In this document: piece by piece, positions 1-7,729 of the stretch | How the letters are laid out: each line of letters begins with the position of its first letter | Numbering within the stretch: position 1 is the first letter of the stretch | Assembly: GCF_000010625.1 (NCBI RefSeq) | Contig: NC_010296.1 | Coordinates: 2,490,001 to 2,522,000 of the forward strand | Length of the DNA: 32,000 nt | Reading direction: 5' to 3' | From: Microcystis aeruginosa NIES-843 | Lineage (GTDB): Bacteria > Cyanobacteriota > Cyanobacteriia > Cyanobacteriales > Microcystaceae | Translations under genes and position numbers: made by a program | The notes under the pieces: model-generated | Databases searched by the model: none | What the model saw: the letters and a program-made list of their open reading frames with translations, nothing else | What the model was told of the DNA's origin: nothing

Positions 1-310
1 TTGATAAAGTTTGTCCATTACTCGACCAATTTTATCATCATTCAAGTGCTTGGGTTCGATGCCCTCTCCCAGCAGATGTTCGGTTGCTTTATCTTCAAAA
101 AATTGAGGAAATAAATACAAGGCTCGGGAGACAAATCCCAATCCATTCAGGATAATTGCTTTCACGACTTGCCCCGCTGTGACAATTTCTCCTCGCTCAA
201 TTGAGACTTGTTCGTTGATAATTTCAACGATTCCTATTTCATCGATAATTCCGGCTACTAATCCCAGATGGTCTAGATTTTTGACTTCAATTTCTGTTGA
301 TTGATTCATG
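1..310 (-). CDS. IS1634-group (IS4 superfamily) transposase, N-terminal fragment; the gene runs off the left edge of the window
   Basis: Absent from the ORF track because the window edge truncates it. Manual reverse-complement translation from the ATG (rc of cat at 308-310) is open to position 1: MNQSTEIEVKNLDHLGLVAGIIDEIGIVEIINEQVSIERGEIVTAGQVVKAIILNGLGFVSRALYLFPQFFEDKATEHLLGEGIEPKHLNDDKIGRVMDKLYQ. I recognise the LDHLGLVAG...ILNGLGF.SR.LYL.PQFF...DDK.GR.MDKLY pattern as the conserved N-terminus of IS1634-type transposases. Confidence 0.7.
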
Positions 311-560
311 GTCGAACAGTCCACTCGCCTCAGTTTTCCAACAATTCCTATTTTTTCATAATTAGGGGTCTCAAGACCCCCCTAGCGGCCACCGAGAAAA
401 CCTTCACCAGCTAGGTATTTTTACTCAAGTCTCTGGAGGGGGACAGCTTATGTGACAGTTGAGGGTGCGGAATGTGGGATTAACGAAGGCAGGGGGCGGT
501 CGGCAGGGGGCGGTCGGCCGTTTTTGTAACGGGGATTTATGCCCCGCTCCCAAAACTTTT

Positions 561-600
561 CGCCTTAAGGCGAGGTTTTAGACCCGATTTTTTCGATAAC
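561..600 (-). repeat. IS200/IS605-type left-end-like module (GC hairpin plus conserved flank), a second copy of the segment found upstream of the tnpB pseudogene
   Basis: The hairpin cgccttaaggcg (561-572) is followed by ggttttagacccgattttttcgataac (574-600). This parallels ccgtcgtagaacgacgg (4257-4273) followed by ggtttcagacccaaattttcgatgac (4274-4299), in the same order and orientation. Confidence 0.4.
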
Positions 601-757
601 AGAGTTTACCCACAGATGGTGGAATTAAACCGATGCTCTGGGGTTGACCCTTCGGCTTCGCTCAGGGTCATTGATATTCTGGTCGGATTTCATCCCCCGC
701 AAAGGTGAGTATCTTGTCGAAAAATCTAGCGGGGGCATTCATTCGACATTTTAGGTA

Positions 758-982
758 GGGCTTGCTGAATAATGGTAAAACCCTTTTAAAATAAGGCTTT
801 TGACCTGTTAAAGTCCGATGTTAGTGCAAGAAAATAGGATTGGGACTTTCAAAAACCTTGCATTATCCTTCTTGTGGTACATCGCTTGGTACAAAAAACA
901 AGGGCAACAAAGCCTGAAACGACCGACTCCTGACTCCTGACTCCTGACTCCTACCCCCAGGAAAAACTTTTTCAGCAGACCC
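758..982 (+). mobile_element. MITE family A, copy 1 (225 bp) with 6-bp target-site duplication TAGGTA
   Basis: Terminal inverted repeats are GGGCTTGCTGAA (758-769) and TTCAGCAGACCC (971-982; rc GGGTCTGCTGAA). The direct repeat TAGGTA sits at 752-757 and 983-988. By eye the element is base-for-base identical to 3687-3911. It carries an internal GACTCCT x4 heptamer array at 925-952 and has no ORF. Confidence 0.85.
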
Positions 983-996
983 TAGGTAAGATCCGG

Positions 997-1103
997 GGCT
1001 GCCCGCGCAGTTAAATTGCTTGTTTAGATGAAACAAGAGGCAACAGTAAAGGGATGGGGAGAGATTCAGCTAATCGGATAGGCGATTAAAATGCCTCTTA
1101 GCT
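997..1103 (+). mobile_element. MITE family C, copy 1 (107 bp)
   Basis: About 85% alignable by eye to the reverse complement of 12037-12170 (ggctgcccgcgcagttaaattgcttg ... ggataggcgattaaaatgcctcttagct). TA follows the right end (1104-1105), but no matching TA precedes the left end, so that boundary is less certain. Confidence 0.5.
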
Positions 1104-1128
1104 TAAAACCCCACACCCGTTCGGACCT

Positions 1129-1164
1129 CGGCGTGAGACTTCGGTGTGAGACTTCGGCGTGAGC
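1129..1164. repeat. 13-bp tandem repeat cggYgtgagactt, about 2.8 units
   Basis: Read directly: cggcgtgagactt cggtgtgagactt cggcgtgagc. It lies in the non-coding flank 3' of the tnpB pseudogene. Confidence 0.8.
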
Positions 1165-1660
1165 TTTTGTCGAACGCTCAGTAGTTGGCGTTGTCAGATC
1201 AGAATATGAAAGATGCAATGCAATCCTTGCTATCAAAGTAATTTCAGTTCCGGTGCTGATTCGGATCATCTTTCAATTTGACAACGCCTTTCCACCTCTT
1301 CGACCCCATCTTGCTCCCAAAAATGAGCGGACGATGAGTTAAGACTCTTCCTCACTCTTGATGGCAGGACAAATTGACATCCTCGCCGCCGTAAAACGGA
1401 CGGCGATTCCCAAACCTCACGATTTGGGTTTCTGCTTGGGGTCCCGAAGGATTTTTCGCACCTGCCTTAACAGATTTACTCTGTTCTGGTCTTATGGTCG
1501 CTCTACAGACTGACACCGCAAGCCCTGCGGCCAAAATATTTTTACTGGCGTTAATATCTCGGTCATGGTGAGTCCCACAGTCTGGACAGTCCCATTCTCG
1601 AACATTTAACGGCATTTTCAAGGGCAATATACCCGCAATTACTACACCTTTTAGAGCTAG

Positions 1661-3023
1661 TGGGACTTAAACAAATTTCAAGCCCAAACAAAGCCTAAAC
1701 TGGCTTTGTAAGCGGCAAACACATCCCGATTCTCGGTCAGCCACTCAAAGAAACGGAAAGACATCGCTGTCCGAAAAGCTTCCAAGGCTTCCACAAAAGT
1801 GTTTAAAGGTCGATTCGCCCACTGCCTTTGCAATCCCCCAGTTAACTTATGCCACAGGATAAATGTATAGGCACAAAACACCAGGATAAAATGACGAAGT
1901 AAGCTTCGTTTATCCCTGACTTGATATTCCCTTAACCCTAACCATCCTTTGGCTTCTCGGTAGAATACTTCCACCCAATTTCTTTCGGTGTAAGTCCTCA
2001 CTATCCACGAAGCTGTTACTGTATCTGCCTCAACTACATTGGTGATGAAATAGTCCACCTCTGTGGCTTTTTCCATTGAACTTGCATTCATGACGATCGC
2101 CAAGTTCCTTTCTCCTTCTAGTTGAGATATTTTCGCTCTGAATACCGCTACCCAAACCGTTTTTTCTTTATCTAGATTTAGGGTGATTTTCTCCCAATCC
2201 TTTTCTGATAGGCTTTTTGCTAGTTGCTCAAGCTGGATTGTTTCTTCCACACCCCCTTCTTTTTCAATAATTACTTTTCGATTTTTTGCCAATCCTCCTA
2301 AGTATTTTAGCTTTCTTTCTTCCAGGGCTTTGAGAAAATTTGTGTTGTTGCCATAACCAGCATCTATTAAGACGATTTTCGGTCGATAGCCTCTGGTTAA
2401 GCTCCGGTCAATTAAATCTATCGCTATCTCTGGTTTCTTCTTAAATTCTTTGTCTTCTTTCCCCTCGGCTAAGGAACTAGCCGGTTGATAAATTTCAATG
2501 TCTAGGGGGACACTTTTTTTGCCGTCGTAGAGATGGGTAGTGACGGCGACTATTCCGTTGTCTGTCTTGCCAATTTCTCCTAGGTACTGCCTGCCAACTC
2601 CGGCGGTCAGATTGCCACTTTTTCGATGTCCTGAGTCATCGACAATCAGGGAAAATCCTCGGGGGATTTGCGTCTGGCGGCATTGGTTCATCACTTGCAA
2701 CCGACATTCATTCACCTGACGGTCTGACCAGGGAGATTCGGTCAAAAAGTGATGTAATCGGTTATAAACTACTCCGACGGCATTATTGGCCATTTGAGTG
2801 AGGTTTTTCCTCTCACTTTCCCCTAATAATCCTCCTAAATATTGTCTGAAGCCGTTTTTTTGCGCTTCGTTTTTGAAGCAATTGTCAAACCGCCGACACC
2901 ATCGGTCAAAGCATGGGGGCATCGCGGCTGGGGTTGTCTCTTTCATCGCTGATCTTTCAACGTAAAGTGCTTACTCTTTAACGATTATACTCGATTTGAT
3001 CTTTATTTGGCGTTTAAGTCCCA
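1661..3023 (-). mobile_element. IS701-family insertion sequence (1363 bp) inserted in tnpB, with TSD CTAG
   Basis: It has perfect terminal inverted repeats TGGGACTTAAAC (1661-1672) and GTTTAAGTCCCA (3012-3023), flanked by CTAG at 1657-1660 and 3024-3027. It carries a single transposase ORF. Excising it restores the tnpB codons [12 protein letters not shown]. Confidence 0.85.
1678..2946 (-). CDS. IS701-family DDE transposase (SRSO17/COG5659-like), 422 aa, apparently intact
   Basis: The N-terminus FDRWCRRFDNCFKNEAQKNGFRQYLGGLLGESERKNLTQMA...SPWSD is typical of IS701-like transposases. Candidate DDE residues lie in LIVDDSGHRKSG, VLIDAGYGNN and YREAKGWLGLREYQVR. Confidence 0.8.
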   Translation of the reverse strand: MKETTPAAMPPCFDRWCRRFDNCFKNEAQKNGFRQYLGGLLGESERKNLTQMANNAVGVVYNRLHHFLTESPWSDRQVNECRLQVMNQCRQTQIPRGFSLIVDDSGHRKSGNLTAGVGRQYLGEIGKTDNGIVAVTTHLYDGKKSVPLDIEIYQPASSLAEGKEDKEFKKKPEIAIDLIDRSLTRGYRPKIVLIDAGYGNNTNFLKALEERKLKYLGGLAKNRKVIIEKEGGVEETIQLEQLAKSLSEKDWEKITLNLDKEKTVWVAVFRAKISQLEGERNLAIVMNASSMEKATEVDYFITNVVEADTVTASWIVRTYTERNWVEVFYREAKGWLGLREYQVRDKRSLLRHFILVFCAYTFILWHKLTGGLQRQWANRPLNTFVEALEAFRTAMSFRFFEWLTENRDVFAAYKASLGFVWA

Positions 3024-3686
3024 CTAGGAAACCATCTATCTATTTCGATGTAATTTCTCCCATACCAACGGCATTTATAGGCTAATTGTCGGGTTATTTC
3101 TCCCCAGCTTACATCAGATATTGCCTGAGATAATTTCGGGTTTTTGACCATATTCTTCACGGCTAAATTCTCAACCACAATCGTTTGGTTTTCACGAACT
3201 AATTGAGTGGTTAGCTTATGTAAATGGTCTTTTCTGCTATCGGTGATTTGAGCGTGAATCTTGGCTACTTTGATTCTCGCTTTTTCTCGATTCTTTGAGC
3301 CTTTCTGTTTTCGAGAAAGATTTTTCGATGCTCTTCGCAGTCTCCGATAATGCTTTTTAAAATGCTTGGGATTAGACACTTTATCGCCATCGCTGGTAAT
3401 CACGAGGCTACTAATTCCTAAGTCAATTCCGATGGCTTTATCGGTTGGGGGTAATGGCTTAATCGTTGGGTCATCAAATCTTATTGAAATATGCCAACGT
3501 CCTGAGGGATGTAATCTGACTGTTACTGTACTTGGTTCACATCCGTCTGGTATTTGTCTTGACCATCGAATAGGTAAAGGTTCTGTGCATTTAGCTAAAT
3601 AGATTTGTCTGTCTTTGAATTTAAAAGCAGATTTGGTAAATTCGGCACTTCCTCCCTGATGTTTTTTCTTAAAGTTAGGATACTTA

Positions 3687-3911
3687 GGGCTTGCTGAATA
3701 ATGGTAAAACCCTTTTAAAATAAGGCTTTTGACCTGTTAAAGTCCGATGTTAGTGCAAGAAAATAGGATTGGGACTTTCAAAAACCTTGCATTATCCTTC
3801 TTGTGGTACATCGCTTGGTACAAAAAACAAGGGCAACAAAGCCTGAAACGACCGACTCCTGACTCCTGACTCCTGACTCCTACCCCCAGGAAAAACTTTT
3901 TCAGCAGACCC
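3687..3911 (+). mobile_element. MITE family A, copy 2 (225 bp) with 6-bp TSD TACTTA, inserted in tnpB
   Basis: Identical by eye to 758-982. TACTTA lies at 3681-3686 and 3912-3917. Excision restores the tnpB reading frame (GRTK|YPNFKKKH). Confidence 0.9.
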
Positions 3912-4204
3912 TACTTAGTACGACCAGCAAAGAAATTAGTGAAAGCTGTTTGTAGGTGTCTTAACCCTTGTGGTAAAGGTACACAGCTAACTTCGTTTAA
4001 AAAGTCTAATTCTTCTTGTTTTTTCCAATCGGTCAACATTGAAGAAGTTTGAGCGTAGCCTACTCTTTCTTGTCTTTCATACCAAGCTTGTGTTCGTTCG
4101 TGGAGAGCTTTATTGTAAACCAATCTTACACAGCCCAAAGTGCGCCGCAATAGCGACTCTTGTTCGGGTGTGGGGTAAAATCGAAACGAATAGGCTTTTT
4201 CCAT

Positions 4205-4315
4205 GTCTCACATTCTAGCATATATTTCGTAAATGTTCTAATATTTAACAGTAAAGCCGTCGTAGAACGACGGGGTTTCAGACCCAAATTTTCGATGACT
4301 GCGATAATCATACCG
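4205..4315 (-). other. Probable left end (LE) of the IS200/IS605-type element carrying tnpB
   Basis: A non-coding 111 bp lies between the tnpB ATG (4204) and the stop codon of the RND gene (4316). It contains the subterminal hairpin ccgtcgt-aga-acgacgg (4257-4273), as expected for single-strand-transposon ends. The exact boundary was not determined. Confidence 0.5.
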
Positions 4316-7300
4316 TTACTGCGGTTTAGCACTCTGTGCAAGATTTTTACGACATAAGAGTACATATACGGAAGGAACAAAATATAACGCTATTAAAGTG
4401 GCGCCACCTAACCCACCAACAATACTAATCGCAAGAGGTGGCCAAAAACCACTGGGATCAAATAATAAAGGGATAAACCCGATAATCGTGGTTAAGGTGG
4501 TTGCTACCACATGACGAGTAGCTCGCATAACCACATTTCGAGTTGCTCGACGTGAACCAAGGCTGGCTTGAGCATCATGACGCAAAGCGTCAAGAATTAC
4601 GATTGAATCATTAACACAGATTCCTAACAGTCCAATGATCCCTAAAATCGCTGTAAACCCAAAAGGATAATTAAACAAGGCCAATGATCCTAAGCCTAGT
4701 CCTAAAGATAAAATGGCAACTATGATAATAATACTAGCCATACGGAAAGAATTAAAAGTGAGGACTAAACTGGCCACCATAACGATCGCTAAAACCCCAA
4801 GAGTTGCAATCAAATTACTTAAAGCATCCTGACGTTCTCCTTGTTCTCCGCCAAAATCCCATGAATAACCATAGGGTAACTGAAAATTACTCATTTCTAA
4901 TCGTTTTTCAAACTCAGAGAGTACTTGTTCCGGTAATACACCAGCCGGAATAAAACCCTGTATGGTATTCATCCTTTGGCCATTACGACGTGAAATAGCA
5001 ACAATATCGGGGACAATTTCCACATTTCCCACCGCTGATAAGGGAACAATTGTCGATGAAGTTGCAGAATTTCCTGAAGATAAGAGGTTTAATGAGCTAA
5101 TTTCAGCTAGATTGCTCCGTTGACTATTAGAAGTCCGAACTCTCACAGGTAGTTCTTTTGTTCCTTCTAAAATCGAGCCTCCGACTGTTCCCTCTAAACT
5201 GGTGTCTAATTGACGAGCAACGGCTCTTTTATCTAACCCTGCTAAACGTAGCTTTTCTTCATTAAGATTGACAGCTAATTTGGGCAAACTTTCGCTTAAA
5301 GTGGCGCGAGTATGGATAATATCAGGGGTTTTAGCTAATTCGGCGCGAACTTGATCGCCTAAAGCCTGTAATTGGGCTAAATCTGACCCATATAAGCGTA
5401 ATTCAATCGGTGCATCAAAAGGAGGACCCTGTTCTAATTGTCGGACAATAATTTGCGCTTGGGGAAAGGCTTGATCTAATTCTTGCTGTAAGGTGCGAAT
5501 TAACGCACCCGACTTGACGTTTTTCTGAAGTTGAACAATTCCTTGAGCATAATTAGGAGATTGTTCTCGATTTTGTAAGACATTGTAGTAAAAAGAGGGC
5601 GCACTTTTCCCAATAAACCATTGAACGTCTTGAATTTCAGGATGCTGTAAGATTAACTTTCGGGCTTGCATCACTTGAGACTGGGTTTCGGGTAAAGACA
5701 CACTGATGGGTAATTCAAAGGTTAAATGAAATTGTTCGCGATCGGTGGGGGGGAAAAACTGTTGTTGTAGGGTAGGAAAGCTAATAAAACCCCATAAGGG
5801 AAGAATAAGAATAAGGGCGATCGCTAATAAGGGACGTTGAAAAGTGCGATCTAAACTCCACTTATAAAGATAGGTTAAACGAGAATGGGTAAATCCGCTT
5901 TGCCACCAATATCCATTTGTGGGGGTTGGTTGCCAATGATGTAATCTTCCCGCTAAGGCGGGAATCACGGTGACAGATAGAATAAACGAGCTAATTAGGG
6001 CTAAAATTACGGTTACTCCAATCGTTCCGGTAAATTCTCCAGTTGCTCCTGAAGCGGTAGCAATGGGCAAAAAAGCGATAACACTGGTAAAGGTAGAAGC
6101 GAGTAAGGGAATAAAAATATGATGTACGGTAGTAGCAACGGCTTTGAGCGGTGATATACCTTCTTCTTCTTTTAAAGCCATTTGCACCTCATCAACCACA
6201 ATAATCGCATTATCAATTAATAATCCCAAAGCAATGATTAGTCCTGTTACCGAAATTTGATGTAGGGGAATGCCTAACACCTTCATACTGCCAAAAACCA
6301 TCAAAACTGATAAAGGAAGTGATGTTCCCACGATTAAAGATGATTTCCAGCCCATGATCACAAAGGTGATCCCAAAAACTAAGACAGCACCCATGATCAG
6401 GTTTGATAAAACCGAGTCTAGTTGTTGCTGCACATAACGACTTTGATTAAAGATAATGTGTAGGCCAATTCCTTGAGGAAGGTTTTTTTCAAATCTTTCT
6501 AACTTAGCCTTGGCGACTGTCATCCAAGAATCTAAGCGTCTATCAGATTCCACAAAAGCAGCAATTGCGATCGCCCGTTTTCCCTTAATCATCGCGACTT
6601 CTCTGGGGGGATCTTCAATTCCTTTACTAATATTTGCAATATCACCTAATCGCACTACTTGACTAGACGAACCTGATTTAATTGATAAACGATTTAAACG
6701 GTCTAAAGAATCTAATTCTCCTTCAATTTCCAGCAATAAGCTACTTTGTTCGCTTCGTAATTGGCCGGCAGCAACTTTGGCATCACTTTCTAAGATTTGT
6801 TGAGATAGGGACTGTATGGTTAATCCTAAATGGGTTAATTGTTGGGGAGAAACTTCAACTCGAATTTCCTCCGTAGGATTGCCAAATAATTCAACTTTTT
6901 CTGTTCCTTCAATTAACCGTAAATCATCTTCTAATTCTTGCGCCCAACGGCTCAAAATGCCATAATTCGGAGGGCTTGATAATTGCCAAGTTAAAGCAAC
7001 AATTAAGGCGTTGGCTTTCGGTTTTGATTCTTCAAATTCAGGGAGAGAAGTTCCCGATGGTAATTGAGAAACAGCATCATTGACTTTATCACGAATTTGT
7101 GACCAAACGGGATCAACATCGGTAATTTGGTCATTTAATTCAATGGTAATGCTGGAGAAGCCAAGCTGAGAGGTAGAATCAATATTTTTAATTTCTTCGA
7201 CTTCTAGTAAAGCTTGTTCTAATTTATCAGTAACTAGCGTTTCTACTCGTTCAGGGGTTGCGCCAGGAAATTGGGTGTTAATGACCGCAAAACGAGGGGT

Positions 7301-7414
7301 TAATTCGGGATCTTCCATACGAGGTAAACTGAAAAAGGAAGATAAGCCCCAAACTGCGATCGCTAAAATAGTTAAAACTAATAATCGGACGTTTTTATAA
7401 AAGATAGAAGACAT
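4316..7414 (-). CDS. RND-family efflux transporter permease (AcrB/AcrD/AcrF-like), 1032 aa
   Basis: Its size, an N-terminal TM helix followed by a large periplasmic loop (PRMEDPELTPRFAVINTQFPGATPERVETLVTDKLEQAL), a repeated 6+6 TM architecture, and position directly downstream of a membrane-fusion protein gene all fit this family. Confidence 0.9.
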   Translation of the reverse strand: MSSIFYKNVRLLVLTILAIAVWGLSSFFSLPRMEDPELTPRFAVINTQFPGATPERVETLVTDKLEQALLEVEEIKNIDSTSQLGFSSITIELNDQITDVDPVWSQIRDKVNDAVSQLPSGTSLPEFEESKPKANALIVALTWQLSSPPNYGILSRWAQELEDDLRLIEGTEKVELFGNPTEEIRVEVSPQQLTHLGLTIQSLSQQILESDAKVAAGQLRSEQSSLLLEIEGELDSLDRLNRLSIKSGSSSQVVRLGDIANISKGIEDPPREVAMIKGKRAIAIAAFVESDRRLDSWMTVAKAKLERFEKNLPQGIGLHIIFNQSRYVQQQLDSVLSNLIMGAVLVFGITFVIMGWKSSLIVGTSLPLSVLMVFGSMKVLGIPLHQISVTGLIIALGLLIDNAIIVVDEVQMALKEEEGISPLKAVATTVHHIFIPLLASTFTSVIAFLPIATASGATGEFTGTIGVTVILALISSFILSVTVIPALAGRLHHWQPTPTNGYWWQSGFTHSRLTYLYKWSLDRTFQRPLLAIALILILPLWGFISFPTLQQQFFPPTDREQFHLTFELPISVSLPETQSQVMQARKLILQHPEIQDVQWFIGKSAPSFYYNVLQNREQSPNYAQGIVQLQKNVKSGALIRTLQQELDQAFPQAQIIVRQLEQGPPFDAPIELRLYGSDLAQLQALGDQVRAELAKTPDIIHTRATLSESLPKLAVNLNEEKLRLAGLDKRAVARQLDTSLEGTVGGSILEGTKELPVRVRTSNSQRSNLAEISSLNLLSSGNSATSSTIVPLSAVGNVEIVPDIVAISRRNGQRMNTIQGFIPAGVLPEQVLSEFEKRLEMSNFQLPYGYSWDFGGEQGERQDALSNLIATLGVLAIVMVASLVLTFNSFRMASIIIIVAILSLGLGLGSLALFNYPFGFTAILGIIGLLGICVNDSIVILDALRHDAQASLGSRRATRNVVMRATRHVVATTLTTIIGFIPLLFDPSGFWPPLAISIVGGLGGATLIALYFVPSVYVLLCRKNLAQSAKPQ

Positions 7415-7469
7415 AGGAGAATGATGAATTAAGAATTGAGAATTATGAAGTTCGGGGGAGAAAGTAATA

Positions 7470-7613
7470 AGTAGGGAGGCACAATTATTTGTAGGATGGG
7501 TTAGCGGTAGCTTAACATAATCGGGGGTTGGGTTTCATGCTTCAACCGTTCGGCTGATCTCACGGCCGAAGCCCAACCTACGTTCATCTTATATTTAATT
7601 CCACCCACCCACT
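7470..7613 (+). mobile_element. MITE family B, copy 1 (144 bp, including a nested 26-nt hairpin insert), TSD TA
   Basis: Its ends AGTAGGGAGGCAC...CCCACCCACT are the same as in copy 2 (10460-10577). TA sits at 7468-7469 and 7614-7615. It is inserted in an AGTAATA heptamer run between the MFP and RND genes. An extra 26 nt (7548-7573, gttcggctgatctcacggccgaagcc) is absent from copy 2. Confidence 0.8.
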
Positions 7614-7652
7614 TAAGTAATAAGTAATAAGTAATAGGTGTTCAGCTTTTCA

Positions 7653-7729
7653 TTGATAACTGCTCACTGTTTACTGTTCACTGTTCACTGTTAACTGATA
7701 ACTGCTCACTGTTTACTGTTTACTGATTT
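7653..7729. repeat. Heptamer tandem array CTGNTNA, 11 units (STRR-like)
   Basis: Read directly: ttgataa ctgctca ctgttta ctgttca ctgttca ctgttaa ctgataa ctgctca ctgttta ctgttta ctgattt. The array overlaps the last 5 codons and the stop codon (7713-7715) of the MFP gene. Confidence 0.9.

Larger units (their letters stand above)
1352..4204 (-). pseudogene. tnpB: IS200/IS605-family tnpB (OrfB, RuvC-like RNA-guided nuclease) disrupted by a MITE, an IS701-family IS and a frameshift
   Basis: The N-terminal piece 3918-4204 reads MEKAYSFRFYPTPEQESLLRRTLGCVRLVYNKAL...FFAGRTK. Removing MITE-A (3687-3911) plus one TSD copy joins it in frame to YPNFKKKHQGGSAEFTKSAFKFKDRQIYLAKC...KAIGIDLGISSLVITSDGDKVSNPKHF...ENLAVKNM...YGRNYIEIDRWFPS (3024-3686). 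Removing the IS at 1661-3023 plus one CTAG continues as [10 protein letters not shown] 1- or 2-nt frameshift near 1627-1635 then leads into [32 protein letters not shown] (1352-1627). GIDLG, the CxxC...CxxC zinc finger and HDRDxNA are canonical TnpB motifs. Confidence 0.9.

Noticed and set aside
1066-1269. 67-aa minus-strand ORF
   Set aside because: It lies in the non-coding flank 3' of tnpB and is built largely from the 13-mer tandem repeat and an inverted repeat. It has no RBS or recognisable family, so it is most likely spurious.
1620-1660. Programmed frameshift or intact alternative reading of the tnpB C-terminus
   Set aside because: An alternative junction with 16-bp IRs and no TSD would keep one frame ([19 protein letters not shown]), but it destroys the first CxxC of the zinc finger. 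The CTAG-TSD junction recreates [12 protein letters not shown], too good a match to canonical TnpB to be chance. The frameshift is therefore read as a lesion in an already dead gene.
3366-3602. 78-aa plus-strand ORF
   Set aside because: It is antisense to the clearly recognisable middle portion of the tnpB pseudogene (GIDLGI ... region) and is a frame artefact.
4126-4380. 84-aa minus-strand and 65-aa plus-strand ORFs (4126-4380 and 4160-4357)
   Set aside because: They span the tnpB 5' end, the IS left-end hairpin region and the 3' end of the RND gene. They overlap well-supported features in other frames.
7653-7729. CRISPR array, considered for this and the other short tandem arrays
   Set aside because: The units are 7-13 bp and directly abutting with no spacers. 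No 24-40-bp repeats alternate with unique spacers anywhere in the window, and there are no cas genes.
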